Source: Pseudomonadota bacterium (GTDB taxonomy: Bacteria; Pseudomonadota; Alphaproteobacteria; UBA828). Taken from it: 64,000 nt of DNA. A program made the translations under genes and the position numbers. The notes under the pieces were generated by a model that searched no databases, had not been told where the DNA came from, and saw nothing but the letters and a program-made list of their open reading frames with translations. The stretch is from positions 1,929 to 65,928 of the forward strand of contig JAQBTG010000017.1 of assembly GCA_027624955.1 (NCBI GenBank), given 5' to 3'. This document shows, one piece after another, positions 20,739 through 31,234 of the stretch (position 1 is the first letter of the stretch; every line of letters starts with the position of its first letter).

Positions 20739-20762
20739 AAAAAAGGCCGCCCTCAGGCGGCC
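20739..20762 (-). terminator. rho-independent terminator downstream of rpsD
   Basis: GGCCGCC-ctca-GGCGGCC stem, followed on the minus strand by a T6 tract (A6 at 20739-20744 on plus). Confidence 0.6.
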
Positions 20763-20790
20763 TCTGTTCCCAATCGTCGATTAAAGACGG

Positions 20791-21405
20791 TCAGCGCGAG
20801 TAATACTCGACCACCAGATTGGGCTCCATTTGCGCCGGATAGGGCACGTCGGCCAGTTTCGGCGTGCGCACGAATGTGCCTTCCATGCGGTCGTGGTTGA
20901 CGTTGATATATTCCGGCACTTCACGCTCGGGCGAATCAACAGCGGCCAGTACCAGTGACATTTCGCGCGATTTTTCTTTGATCGTCACGACGTCGCCTTC
21001 ATTCAACAGATAGCTCGCGATGGTGACTCGCTGGCCATTTACGCTGACATGCCCATGGCTGACCAACTGCCGCGCCGCAAACACGGTGGGCACAAATTTC
21101 ATGCGGTAGACCACGGCGTCCAAACGGCGCTCCAAAATGCCGATCAAGTTTTCGCCAGTGTCGCCCTGCACATTTACGGCCTGATGGTAATAACGCTGAA
21201 ATTGCTTTTCAGTGATATTGCCATAATAGCACCGCAGTTTTTGTTTGGCTTGAAGCTGGGTACCATAATCGGACGGCTTGCGGCGGCGCTGGCCATGCTG
21301 GCCTGGACCGTATTCGCGCTTGTTTGTCGGGCTCTTGGCACGACCCCAAAGGTTTACCCCGAGGCGGCGGCAGACCTTGTATTTCGATTCGATTCGTTTG
21401 GTCAT
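20791..21405 (-). CDS. rpsD: 30S ribosomal protein S4
   Basis: [22 protein letters not shown]...GQHGQRRRK matches canonical S4. Confidence 0.95.
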   Translation of the reverse strand: MTKRIESKYKVCRRLGVNLWGRAKSPTNKREYGPGQHGQRRRKPSDYGTQLQAKQKLRCYYGNITEKQFQRYYHQAVNVQGDTGENLIGILERRLDAVVYRMKFVPTVFAARQLVSHGHVSVNGQRVTIASYLLNEGDVVTIKEKSREMSLVLAAVDSPEREVPEYINVNHDRMEGTFVRTPKLADVPYPAQMEPNLVVEYYSR

Positions 21406-21425
21406 TTTACTCGCAATGTATGCGC

Positions 21426-21455
21426 AAAAAATTAGCGCGGGCCAAGTGGCCCGCG
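21426..21455 (-). terminator. terminator-like hairpin with U-tract between trmJ and rpsD
   Basis: On the minus strand the 8-bp GC stem CGCGGGCC/GGCCCGCG is followed by CUAA and U6. It lies only about 20 nt upstream of the rpsD AUG. Confidence 0.5.
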
Positions 21456-21523
21456 AGGTGGCGGTACTATATACCGGCCTCTTCGCTTGTCAAATAGGTT
21501 GCATCCTCGTGCGCGAAATACAT

Positions 21524-22318
21524 TCAATTTTCTCCAGAAAATTTTCTGCGCGGCGGCCGGGTTAGTGATTTGACGACACCGAAGAGGCTCTTCACGTCCT
21601 GTTGCGACAGCTCGAGGCGTTGAAACAAATTGCGCAAATTGCTCACCATCTTGGGACGCATAGCCACCGTCGGATAGAAGTCGCGCGAGTCCAATTCCCC
21701 CTCTAACATATTGAAGAAATTTAATATTTCTTCCTTATTGGCGGCCGGGCTGTGGCCGACTGGCAGATACTCCGGCGTCGCCTCCTGGGCGGCAGCGGAC
21801 CATTCATAGCAAATGATCAAAACCGCTTGAGCCAGATTTAACGACGAAAAGGCCGGATTGAGAGGAACTTCGATGATGGCGTCGGCAGGCACCACATCGT
21901 CATTGCTGAGCCCGCTGCGCTCTGGGCCAAATAAGATACCGGCGCGTGTGACCGACGTGTGGCGCATCTTGGCAGCTGCTTGGCGCGGGGTGAGCACAGG
22001 TTTGACCATTTCTCGCCCGCGCGCGGTGCTGGCAAAGACCGTACTCAGATCCGCCACCGCGTCAGCCACTGTCTCGAAGAGACGCACCCGCCCAATTACG
22101 GCATCGGCGCCTGAAGCCGCAGTCAAAGCTTTGACATTGGGCCAGCCGTCGCGCGGCGCGACGAGGCGCAGATCCATGAGGCCACAATTCAGCATCGCTC
22201 GTGCGGCGGTTCCGATATTTTCGCCCAATTGCGGACGGACGAGAATTATCGCCGGCCCGCCGGCCGAGGTGAACTCCGCCGCCTCCGTTTTCGGTTGGCG
22301 CCGGTTAGTTTTCGCCAT
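21524..22318 (-). CDS. trmJ: tRNA (cytidine/uridine-2'-O)-methyltransferase, SpoU/TrmH family (TrmJ-like)
   Basis: SPOUT motifs (GENIGTAARAMLNCG, LLFGPERSGLSNDD). Confidence 0.75.
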   Translation of the reverse strand: MAKTNRRQPKTEAAEFTSAGGPAIILVRPQLGENIGTAARAMLNCGLMDLRLVAPRDGWPNVKALTAASGADAVIGRVRLFETVADAVADLSTVFASTARGREMVKPVLTPRQAAAKMRHTSVTRAGILFGPERSGLSNDDVVPADAIIEVPLNPAFSSLNLAQAVLIICYEWSAAAQEATPEYLPVGHSPAANKEEILNFFNMLEGELDSRDFYPTVAMRPKMVSNLRNLFQRLELSQQDVKSLFGVVKSLTRPPRRKFSGEN

Positions 22319-23924
22319 CTGGCGCCTCTGAGCCGCCGGATGCTGCCTGGCGCTTCAACTCATCGCGTAACAGCTTGTAGACGATGCCGTCGTGGAGCGC
22401 GTTATAGGAGGCATCGATGACATTGTCGGAAACACCCACGGTCGACCAAATATCAATTCCGTCGGAGGAATCGATCATCACCCGGATGCGGGCTTTGGTT
22501 CCGCCTTCCGAATTCAATATTCGCACTTTGTAATCCACCAGCCGCAGCTCCCTGAGATCGGGATAAGCGTCGCCGAGCGATTTACGCAACGCAACATCGA
22601 GGGCATGCACCGGCCCGGCGCCTTCCGCTACCATCATGTGGCGGTTCTCCCCCACCTGCACGCGCACCGAAGCTTCCGACAGCGTGACGAGGCGGCCCAG
22701 CGCGTCAACCCTGCGTTCATCGATGACGCGGAAACCGTCGAGCCGGAAAAAATTTGGCAGGGTGCCAAGGCAGTTGCGCGCCAACAATTCGAAACTCGCC
22801 TCCGCGCCGTCATAGGTGAGGCCGTTTTGTTCATTTTCGTGCAAAGTTTCGAGAAGGCTTTTGAGCTTTGGATCATCCAGGTTGACGCTGATGCGAAGTG
22901 CGGCCAAATGCCGAGAGATATTGTCCGGGGCGGCCTGGTTTTCCGCCGCCAATCGGCGCTGATTACCGACAGATTGTGGGTCGATATGCGCCGCATTCGT
23001 TGTATCCGCGGTGCTCGGCCCGTCTTTGCGACTAAATGCGTCGGCGCCGACATAAGGCGCGCGCGATGCCGGAGGCCGGTTCAGCCGGGCATCGATTTGA
23101 TGCGAAACGGCGGTAAGGCGGCTCAAAGCCTCTGTCGTAACCGCCGATTCACAACCCAATTTGAGCATCAAATTGGGAATCAGCGAAGCGAGATTGGCGT
23201 TGCCGCAGCGCACGCCGAGTCCGTTGAATGTGCCTTGCACCTGGTGCGCCCCCGCACGCACGGCGGCGAGGGACGAGGATACCGCATTGTCGCTATCGTT
23301 GAGACAACGTATGCCGATATGGCTACTCGGCAGCGCCTTCGCGACTTCCTCCACGACCGCAAATATCTCGTGCGGCAATGTGCCGCCGTTGCTATCGCAC
23401 AGCACGATCCAGCGGGCGCCGTGAATATAGGCTGTGGCCGCGCATTCGAGGGCGTAATGCGGATCGACCCTGAAGCCATCAAAAAAATGGCCGCAAACAA
23501 ACATTGTTTCATCCGCCCAACCGACAACTTGGGACACGTTCTCGGCGATCATGTCGATCTGCTCACGTGGCTCGACGCCGAGCTCGGCACGCGCCTGTGG
23601 CCCCGATGCGACACCCGCCAGGGACACGATTCGTGCGCCGCCGTCGCGCGCCCGCACTAGCGCTGGATCGCTCGCTGCGCTTCCCTCACTTGTTTGCAGC
23701 GGCAACAGCACGGCAAGGCGAGCCTGGCGATATTTGGCCGCGGCGGCGAACAGCGCGTCGTCGGCAGGGCCAGAGTCTGGCGGGCCGCCTTCGACGTAGT
23801 CGATGCCCAATCCGTCCAGTGCCTCGGCAATCGCCAGCCTATCGGCGCTAGAAAACTCGGCGCCTTCAGGCAGCGCGCCGCTTCTCAGGCTGCTGTCGTA
23901 AAGATATATGCGCTTACCTACCAT
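22305..23924 (-). CDS. cimA: (R)-citramalate synthase / 2-isopropylmalate synthase family
   Basis: MVGKRIYLYDSSLRSGA N-terminus, DRE-TIM HMGL-like domain and C-terminal LeuA-dimer regulatory domain. Start chosen at ATG 23922-23924. Confidence 0.75.
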   Translation of the reverse strand: MVGKRIYLYDSSLRSGALPEGAEFSSADRLAIAEALDGLGIDYVEGGPPDSGPADDALFAAAAKYRQARLAVLLPLQTSEGSAASDPALVRARDGGARIVSLAGVASGPQARAELGVEPREQIDMIAENVSQVVGWADETMFVCGHFFDGFRVDPHYALECAATAYIHGARWIVLCDSNGGTLPHEIFAVVEEVAKALPSSHIGIRCLNDSDNAVSSSLAAVRAGAHQVQGTFNGLGVRCGNANLASLIPNLMLKLGCESAVTTEALSRLTAVSHQIDARLNRPPASRAPYVGADAFSRKDGPSTADTTNAAHIDPQSVGNQRRLAAENQAAPDNISRHLAALRISVNLDDPKLKSLLETLHENEQNGLTYDGAEASFELLARNCLGTLPNFFRLDGFRVIDERRVDALGRLVTLSEASVRVQVGENRHMMVAEGAGPVHALDVALRKSLGDAYPDLRELRLVDYKVRILNSEGGTKARIRVMIDSSDGIDIWSTVGVSDNVIDASYNALHDGIVYKLLRDELKRQAASGGSEAPDGEN

Positions 23925-23932
23925 CCGCCGCC

Positions 23933-25330
23933 CTAGCCGACCCGCCGCCAATTGGTCGTGCCGTCCGGTCTGTCTTCCAGAACGATGCCGGTAGCAACCA
24001 AGGCATCACGGATTTTATCCGCCGTATCGAAGTCTCTGGCCCCACGGGCCGCCAAGCGAAGCGCGATTTGCTCCTCAATATGGCCGACATCGCTTGCCGT
24101 TTCTCCGCCCTTGAACCAAGTCTCGGGGTCTTGCTGTAAAATTCCGAGAATGCCCGCACCGGCCATAACAGCGCGGCGTTTCCGGCGGGCCTCTGATCCA
24201 TCCAGTTTCGACAATTCATCGGTCTGCCGTTCCAATTCGCTGAGCGCCAGCGGCGTATTGAGATCGTCATGTAGCGCGGCGATAAACCCTGCATCCTCGG
24301 AAACAGCGACATTCAGATCCGCTTCTGCACCGCCACTTGCATTTACGTTTTGCAAGACGCGGTAGAGACGGTCAAGGCGGGTACGTGCTTGCTGCACCCC
24401 TTCCTCTGTCCAGTCGAGCGGATGGCGATAATGCGTGCTGAGTAACATCAGGCGCAGGACCTCACCCGGCGCGCCTTCAAGCGCTTGGCGGATGGTGATG
24501 AAATTACCGAGCGATTTGGACATCTTCTCGCCGTTCACGGAAAGAAAGCCGTTATGCACCCAAGTGCGCACAAACGGATGGCCGGGACAGGAACATTCGC
24601 TTTGGGCGACCTCGTTTTCGTGATGAGGGAAAATCAAATCAGCGCCGCCGCCGTGAATATCCAAGGTGACGCCAAGATGTTTGCGGCTCATGGCAGAGCA
24701 TTCGATATGCCAGCCCGGGCGCCCCCGCCCCCATGGGCTGTCCCAGCCGGGAAGCGCTTCATCGCTTGGCTTCCACAGAACGAAATCCGCCGGATCGCGC
24801 TTGTAGGGCGCGACTTCCACCCGCGCGCCGGCCAACATTTCCTCGCGCTCGCGGTTGGATAGCTTGCCGTAACCTTGGTCGGACGGCACATGAAAGAGAA
24901 CATGCCCTTCCGCGGCATAGGCGTGATTCGACGCGATTAGGGTTTTGATCATTTCGATCATCTCGGGAATATGATCGGTGGCGCGCGGCTCGACATCTGG
25001 CGGCAGCGCGTTTAGCTCGGCGATATCGTCGTGAAACGCTTTTGTCGTGCGCGCGGTGATGGCCGAAATCGGCTCGCCAGACGCTTGCGCCGCGGCGTTG
25101 ATCTTGTCATCCACGTCAGTGATGTTGCGCACATAGATGACGCTTTCCTGGCCATATATATTGCGCAACAGTCGATACAACACATCGAAGACGACGATCG
25201 GGCGGGCATTGCCAATATGCGCCAGGTCATAAACAGTCGGCCCGCAGACGTACATACTAACGCGCGACGCATCGAGCGGTTCGAACAGTTTTTTCTTTCG
25301 CGTCTGCGTATTATGTAGAGAAAGCGCCAC
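23933..25330 (-). CDS. cysS: cysteine--tRNA ligase
   Basis: [10 protein letters not shown]...HIGN class I signature and KMSKS. Confidence 0.95.
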   Translation of the reverse strand: MALSLHNTQTRKKKLFEPLDASRVSMYVCGPTVYDLAHIGNARPIVVFDVLYRLLRNIYGQESVIYVRNITDVDDKINAAAQASGEPISAITARTTKAFHDDIAELNALPPDVEPRATDHIPEMIEMIKTLIASNHAYAAEGHVLFHVPSDQGYGKLSNREREEMLAGARVEVAPYKRDPADFVLWKPSDEALPGWDSPWGRGRPGWHIECSAMSRKHLGVTLDIHGGGADLIFPHHENEVAQSECSCPGHPFVRTWVHNGFLSVNGEKMSKSLGNFITIRQALEGAPGEVLRLMLLSTHYRHPLDWTEEGVQQARTRLDRLYRVLQNVNASGGAEADLNVAVSEDAGFIAALHDDLNTPLALSELERQTDELSKLDGSEARRKRRAVMAGAGILGILQQDPETWFKGGETASDVGHIEEQIALRLAARGARDFDTADKIRDALVATGIVLEDRPDGTTNWRRVG

Positions 25331-25472
25331 CCGTTGCTCCGCTGCTTCTTATCGTTGTGCTGTCTCGCCGTGCATTGCGGGTAACGCCTATCAGATTCCG
25401 CGATTCGGGTCCACGCCCGCGCACACTCATTGCTAGGCGGCGCTGAAGTGTCAGCTGCGTGCCAATACTAGA

Positions 25473-27173
25473 TCAGGACGTGTCGCGAAAGCGGTTGGTA
25501 ATCGGATAGCGCCGGTCTTTGCCCAGAGCGCGGCCGGTAAGTTTGACGCCCGGTGGCGCCTGGCGGCGCTTATACTCGGCCACATCAAGCATGCGCCAGA
25601 TGCGTGTCACCAACGCCTCGTCATGGCCACGCGCGACGATCTCGGGCACTGGCATTTCTCTCTCAATCAGACATTCCAGAATGTCGTCCAGGACATCATA
25701 CGGCGGGAGTGAATCCTGGTCGGTTTGATCGGGCCGAAGCTCGGCGGAGGGTGGCTTGAGGATTATATTCTCAGGAATCACCCGCCGCTCTGGACCCTTG
25801 AATTGTGGCGCCCAATTTTGATTGCGCCAGTGCGAAAGGTCGAAAACCACGGTTTTATAAACATCTTTTAGCACCGAATACCCGCCGCACATGTCCCCGT
25901 AAAGAGTGGCATAACCCACCGACATTTCAGATTTATTGCCGGTTGTAAGAACCATGTGGCCGAGCTTGTTGCTCAACGCCATGAGAATTATGCCGCGGAC
26001 TCGTGCCTGGATATTTTCCTCCGTCGCGTCCGCCGCGCGCCCGGCGAAGGCTACGGCCATCATGACGTCGAACGCGCCAACTGCCAGCTCAATGGCGATC
26101 GTTTCGCATACCAGGCCGAGCATCTCGGCACAGTCGCCAGCATCGTCGAGCGAAGTTTGCGAGGTATATCGCGACGGCATGCGCACACAATGCACTCGCT
26201 CGGGGCCCAACGCGTCGACCGCGACGGCGGCGGACAATGCTGAATCGATACCTCCGGAGAGCCCGATCAGCACGCCGGGAAAGCCGTTTTTGTCGACATA
26301 GTCGCGGAGACCCAAAACCATGGCCTGGTAAAGCGCCTCCAGCCCTTCCAATTGCGGGCTGTGCGCGACGGTCCCACAACACCAAACGCCGTCAGCGTTC
26401 TCCGACCAACGCGTCACCAGCATGTCGTCAACGAACATCGCCGCCTGAGCGCGCAGCGAACGGTCGGCGCCAAGGACAAATGACCCGCCGTCGAATACCA
26501 ACTCGTCCTGGCCGCCAACTTGATTCAGATATATGAGCGGCAAGCCGGTTTCCAGAACACGCGCGACAGCGCAGTTGAGCCGCACATCGGTCTTGTCGCG
26601 CTCAAAGGGCGAGCCATTTATCGCCAACAAGATTTCAGCGCCCGATTCCATCAGGCACTCCGATACTTCTTCGACCCACATATCTTCGCAGATCATCACG
26701 CCAAGACGGATATTCCGAAAGGCGATGGGGCCGGGCAGCGGCCCCTGAGCAAACACCCGGACTTCGTCGAAGACGCCATAATTGGGCAACGCATATTTGT
26801 AGCGCCGCGCCGCGACCTCTCCGCCGTCCAGTAGCAGCGCTGCGTTATAAAGCTTGTCCGCATCGCGCCAGGGCGCGCCCAGCAAGATCGCTGGGCCGCC
26901 ATCCGCGGTCTCCGCAGCAAGCTCCTTTACCGCCGCCTCGGCCGCCGCCTGGAACATCGGCTTTAGAATGAGGTCTTCCGGCGGATAACCGGTCACGATG
27001 AGTTCGCTAAAAACCACCAGGTCGGCTCCGGCAGCGGCGGCTTCGGCGCGCTTGGCACGGATCAAGGCGCAGTTTCCAGCAATATCGCCAACCGTCGGGT
27101 TGGTCTGGCAAAGCGCGATTGAGAGAGTGTTGGACATAAAAAGCTGGGAATTGCTATGCGGCGTCGGGCTCAA
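25473..27173 (-). CDS. nadE: glutamine-dependent NAD+ synthetase
   Basis: N-terminal CN-hydrolase domain (IALCQTNPTVGD) and C-terminal NAD synthetase domain (SGGIDS). An alternative start lies at ATG 27137. Confidence 0.9.
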   Translation of the reverse strand: MSPTPHSNSQLFMSNTLSIALCQTNPTVGDIAGNCALIRAKRAEAAAAGADLVVFSELIVTGYPPEDLILKPMFQAAAEAAVKELAAETADGGPAILLGAPWRDADKLYNAALLLDGGEVAARRYKYALPNYGVFDEVRVFAQGPLPGPIAFRNIRLGVMICEDMWVEEVSECLMESGAEILLAINGSPFERDKTDVRLNCAVARVLETGLPLIYLNQVGGQDELVFDGGSFVLGADRSLRAQAAMFVDDMLVTRWSENADGVWCCGTVAHSPQLEGLEALYQAMVLGLRDYVDKNGFPGVLIGLSGGIDSALSAAVAVDALGPERVHCVRMPSRYTSQTSLDDAGDCAEMLGLVCETIAIELAVGAFDVMMAVAFAGRAADATEENIQARVRGIILMALSNKLGHMVLTTGNKSEMSVGYATLYGDMCGGYSVLKDVYKTVVFDLSHWRNQNWAPQFKGPERRVIPENIILKPPSAELRPDQTDQDSLPPYDVLDDILECLIEREMPVPEIVARGHDEALVTRIWRMLDVAEYKRRQAPPGVKLTGRALGKDRRYPITNRFRDTS

Positions 27174-28327
27174 GCGTTTTTCTTGGCACTGGCTTCGGCA
27201 AAGCCGTTCCGCAGCAGAAATTCGCGCCCAGTCTTTACTCTGATTTTTCCATCGTAGGCGACGATATCTGCGGTAGCGTATGTCTCTGCCCAGGCGTCGG
27301 GAAGGAATGAGCCTGTGCCGATCACGTCAATAGGCGCGCCGGCGCTGGCCATAACCTTACACTTTTCGGGACCGAAGCCTGAGCTGGCTATGATTTGAAC
27401 TTTGTCGAAACCGGTTGCATCCAGGCTGTCGCGCAGATGGAATATGGCGGCGGCACTCACACCGGTGCCCACGAGCCACTTGAGTTCCGTTTCGCTGCGG
27501 TATTGTCGCACTGCTCTTGGTTTGTGCTTTTCCAAAACAGCGTAGCTGGCGGCCATATCAAGGCCCTCGACATAACGGCCGCCATGGGTATCGAGACGCA
27601 GGCGAAGTTCACCTGCCGCCGCGAGTTCCGGAAAGGCTCTGCACACTTCAAGCGCATCAGTAATTTCCTGGCCAAAGTAATCGATCAGCACCGTCAAGCC
27701 CTCATCGGGAAATACCTCACGGTACATTTCCGCCGCGCGCAAGGTCGACCCGGCATAGCCAATGAAGGCGTGCGGCATCGTCCCAAAGCCTCCGGGATTG
27801 CCAAAATAATGCGCCGTGGCATCGTTCGAATTGCCGATGAAACCGACTGCATCGCTATCCCGCTTGGCGCTCTCGGACCCGACAGATGCCGCATAGGCCA
27901 TCATCTCCGCCATGTCCTGGCCGGCGCAATGGCGAGCGTCCATCGCCATGAAGCCCACGTCGGGCAGCGTCACGCACATAGAGTAGGCGTTATAGGCGGC
28001 GACGCAGACAGCGCCCAGGCGCTGCAGATACAAGGTTTCCAAATCGACCAAATGATAGAGCGGCCCGCTGATGAACAACAGCGGCTCTCCAGCACCGACC
28101 CAATCGCCTTCCTTGAAACGGCTCTCAATATTAAATTTCGTGTCGCGTTCGGTGGCGACGGAATGCAGCCAGTCGGTGATTAGGCGCGGCGCGTAACACA
28201 CCGGACGGCGCATGAATATGGCGTAAGTGACATTGATATCTCCGAAACGGCCAACCGCTTCGCGAGTTTTCACGAAATAACGGTCCGTTTGCCGGGTAAT
28301 ATCCGCTTGGGAGGGGGAACTCGCCAT
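27170..28327 (-). CDS. pncB: putative nicotinate phosphoribosyltransferase (type II PRTase family)
   Basis: 385 aa with GTMPHAF and LRLDTHGG motifs resembling NAPRTase. 4-nt overlap with nadE. Assignment is by motif resemblance and context only. Confidence 0.5.
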   Translation of the reverse strand: MASSPSQADITRQTDRYFVKTREAVGRFGDINVTYAIFMRRPVCYAPRLITDWLHSVATERDTKFNIESRFKEGDWVGAGEPLLFISGPLYHLVDLETLYLQRLGAVCVAAYNAYSMCVTLPDVGFMAMDARHCAGQDMAEMMAYAASVGSESAKRDSDAVGFIGNSNDATAHYFGNPGGFGTMPHAFIGYAGSTLRAAEMYREVFPDEGLTVLIDYFGQEITDALEVCRAFPELAAAGELRLRLDTHGGRYVEGLDMAASYAVLEKHKPRAVRQYRSETELKWLVGTGVSAAAIFHLRDSLDATGFDKVQIIASSGFGPEKCKVMASAGAPIDVIGTGSFLPDAWAETYATADIVAYDGKIRVKTGREFLLRNGFAEASAKKNA

Positions 28328-28369
28328 GATGCACCTTGCGGTTGCCTGGTAGCCGAAGCGATACTTTAT

Positions 28370-29749
28370 TTAAGACGCCTGCATATAGCGGGCTTCAACG
28401 CCCCGCTCAGCCTGCAGGCGCTCGGCAATCAAAAATGCCAATTCCAGAGCCTGCGACGCGTTCAAGCGGGGATCGCAATGGGTATGATAGCGATCAGAAA
28501 GGAGCTCTTCCGTTATTTCCTGCGCACCGCCCAGGCATTCAGTGACGTCCTGGCCGGTCATTTCAAAATGAACGCCGCCGGGATGGGTGCCCTCGGCCCT
28601 GTGGGCGGCAAAAAAACCACTCACCTCAGAGAGGATATTGTCGAACACTCGCGTCTTGTACCCATTTGAGGATTTGATCGTGTTGCCGTGCATCGGGTCG
28701 CAGGCCCACAGCACCTTGCGACCTTCGCTTTCAACCGCGCGGATCAGCCGCGGTAGGGCATTTTCGACTTTGTCCGCTCCCATGCGCGCAATAATCGTGA
28801 GACGGCCGGGCTCATTATTCGGATTGAGCACATCCATGAGACGGATGAGATCGTCGGGCTCCAGCGATGGCCCAGCTTTAAGACCGATCGGATTGCGCAC
28901 GCCACGTAGAAATTCGACATGCGCACCATCTGGTTGACGAGTGCGATCACCGATCCACAACATATGCGCCGAGCAGGCATACCAATCGCCGGAGGTTGAA
29001 TCGACCCGGGTCAACGCCTGTTCGTAACCCAGAATGAGGGCCTCGTGCGAGGTGTAGAATTCGGTCTCGCGAATTTGCGGTGTTGTCTTCGACGTCAATC
29101 CGCAAGCTGCCATGAAGTCCAGGCTCTCAGTCAGGCGGTTGGCCAAATCCTTGTAGCGCTCGCCGAGCGGACTCTGCGCCACGAAGCCTAAATTCCAGCG
29201 CTGTACCTCATGCAGATCGGCATAGCCGCCTTGTGCAAAGGCACGCAGCAAATTGAGCGTGGCGGCAGATTGGCTGTACGCCTGCATTAACCGATCGGGA
29301 TCGGGCGCCCGCGTGGCGCCTTCAAACTCCATGCCGTTGATCATATCGCCGCGATAAGCGGCGAGTGTCACGCCGTCGATCGTCTCCGTATCGGCGGAGC
29401 GCGGTTTTGCGAATTGGCCTGCGAGCCTGCCCACCTTCACAACCGGACATTTGGCGCCAAAAGTTAAGACCACGGCCATCTGCAACAGAACACGGAATGT
29501 ATCGCGAATATTATCCGCGTGAAATTCGGCGAAGCTTTCGGCGCAATCGCCACCTTGCAGGAGAAAAGCCCGGCCTTCGCACGCCTCAGCCAATTTGGCA
29601 CGGAGATTGCGCGCCTCACCCGCAAAAACCAGCGGCGGGGAGACCTTCAGACGCGCTTCGGTCCGTTCCAAATGTTTGGCATCGGGCCAATTCGGTTGCT
29701 GGAGAATCGGTAGCTGGCGCCAACCCTCGGGGCTCCAATTTCGAGCCAT
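28370..29749 (-). CDS. aroG: 3-deoxy-7-phosphoheptulonate synthase, class II
   Basis: 459 aa. N-terminus (WSPEGWR...QQPNWPD) and GGDCAESF motif are typical of AroAII DAHP synthases. Confidence 0.85.
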   Translation of the reverse strand: MARNWSPEGWRQLPILQQPNWPDAKHLERTEARLKVSPPLVFAGEARNLRAKLAEACEGRAFLLQGGDCAESFAEFHADNIRDTFRVLLQMAVVLTFGAKCPVVKVGRLAGQFAKPRSADTETIDGVTLAAYRGDMINGMEFEGATRAPDPDRLMQAYSQSAATLNLLRAFAQGGYADLHEVQRWNLGFVAQSPLGERYKDLANRLTESLDFMAACGLTSKTTPQIRETEFYTSHEALILGYEQALTRVDSTSGDWYACSAHMLWIGDRTRQPDGAHVEFLRGVRNPIGLKAGPSLEPDDLIRLMDVLNPNNEPGRLTIIARMGADKVENALPRLIRAVESEGRKVLWACDPMHGNTIKSSNGYKTRVFDNILSEVSGFFAAHRAEGTHPGGVHFEMTGQDVTECLGGAQEITEELLSDRYHTHCDPRLNASQALELAFLIAERLQAERGVEARYMQAS

Positions 29750-29877
29750 GTCATGCCTCCTTGGGCATCGGACGATAATTTAGGCGCTGCCTATACGCCT
29801 TTATCGCAGGTTTAGCTAATAATTCATTACAAATAAATGACATTTTCGTTTTCGCTGCGGGCCGCGGCGTAGCAGAT

Positions 29878-31227
29878 CTACGCCGTCGTCGGTGTGTACA
29901 TGGTGACGAATTCTTCCGCCGAGGTGGGATGCACGGCCACCGTCTCATCGAAATGAGCTTTGGTGGCGCCGGCCTTGATGGCAACGCCGAGAAGCTGAGA
30001 TAACTCCCCGGCACCCGTGCCAATCATGTGACAGCCGACGACGCGGTCGTTTGCACGGTCCACCACCAATTTCATAAACACGGTTTCATCGCGGCCGGTC
30101 AGCGTGTGCTTGAGGGGACGGAATCGGGTTTTGTAAATATCGACAGCGGCGCAATGGGTGCGGGCATCCTCTTCGCTCATGCCCACCGTGCCGATTTCGG
30201 GCTGGGTGAACACGGCGGTCGGAATATTGCGGTGGTCGGGAATCTGCGGATTGTTATTGTACAGCGTTTCGGCGAGGCAGCGGCCTTCGTGAATGGCGAC
30301 CGGAGTCAAATTTACACGGTCTGTACAATCGCCAACCGCATAGATGTTAGGCACATTGGTCTTCGAACCGGAATCGACGGTTACCGCGCCCTTGTGATTG
30401 ACCTCTACCCCGACTTCTTGCAAGCCGATGCCCGCCGTGTTCGGCACGCGGCCGGTGGCATACATGATCTGATCGGCTTCCAGAACATTGTCCTGGCTGG
30501 TGGTGAGGGCGATACCGGCCGCCGTTTTCTCGAGCTTGCCTGGGTTTTCGTTCAGGCGCACATCGATGCCGGATTTCCGCATCTCATCGCAGCACACTTC
30601 TCGGACATCCATATCGAAGCCGCGTAGGATCATGTCGGAGCGGTAGAGTTGTACCGTCTCGGCGCCCAGGCCATTGAAGATGCAGGCGAACTCGGAAGCG
30701 ATATACCCACCGCCGACAATGACGATGCGTTTGGGCAACTGCGGTAAATCGAACGCCTCGTTCGATGTGATGGCCAATTCGATACCGGGCAGTTCTGGCA
30801 GAGAGGGCCAGCCGCCGGTGGCAATCAGAATGGTATCGGCGCTATATTGTTTGCCCCCGATGGCCACGGTGTTGGCATCGAGCAACACGCCTCGGCCGTC
30901 GATGGTGGTGACGCCGGAATCCTTCAGCAAACCGCGGTAGATCCCTTCGAGCCGCGCCAATTCTGAATTCTTAGCCGCAACCATGGCGGGCCAATCAAAT
31001 CGACTTTCGCCAACGCTCCAGCCGTAGCCAGCCGCATCCTCGAAATCATGTTTGAAGTGCGAAGCGTAGACGAGAAATTTTTTCGGAATACATCCGCGAT
31101 GGACGCAGGTACCGCCCATGCGGCTTTCTTCCACCAAGGCGACACGCGCACCGTAGCTGGCGGCGCGGCGCGCGCAGGCGACGCCGCCCGAACCGCCGCC
31201 GATTACAAACAGATCAAAATCAGCCAT
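29878..31227 (-). CDS. gor: glutathione-disulfide reductase
   Basis: DLFVIGGGSGG FAD motif, redox-active GGTCVHRGCIPKK, and C-terminal HPTSAEE dimerisation motif. Confidence 0.9.
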   Translation of the reverse strand: MADFDLFVIGGGSGGVACARRAASYGARVALVEESRMGGTCVHRGCIPKKFLVYASHFKHDFEDAAGYGWSVGESRFDWPAMVAAKNSELARLEGIYRGLLKDSGVTTIDGRGVLLDANTVAIGGKQYSADTILIATGGWPSLPELPGIELAITSNEAFDLPQLPKRIVIVGGGYIASEFACIFNGLGAETVQLYRSDMILRGFDMDVREVCCDEMRKSGIDVRLNENPGKLEKTAAGIALTTSQDNVLEADQIMYATGRVPNTAGIGLQEVGVEVNHKGAVTVDSGSKTNVPNIYAVGDCTDRVNLTPVAIHEGRCLAETLYNNNPQIPDHRNIPTAVFTQPEIGTVGMSEEDARTHCAAVDIYKTRFRPLKHTLTGRDETVFMKLVVDRANDRVVGCHMIGTGAGELSQLLGVAIKAGATKAHFDETVAVHPTSAEEFVTMYTPTTA

Positions 31228-31234
31228 GGGACGC

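Noticed and set aside
22392-23660. 422-aa plus-strand ORF
   Set aside because: Antisense to cimA in GC-rich DNA. The translation is Arg/Ala-rich nonsense with no domains.
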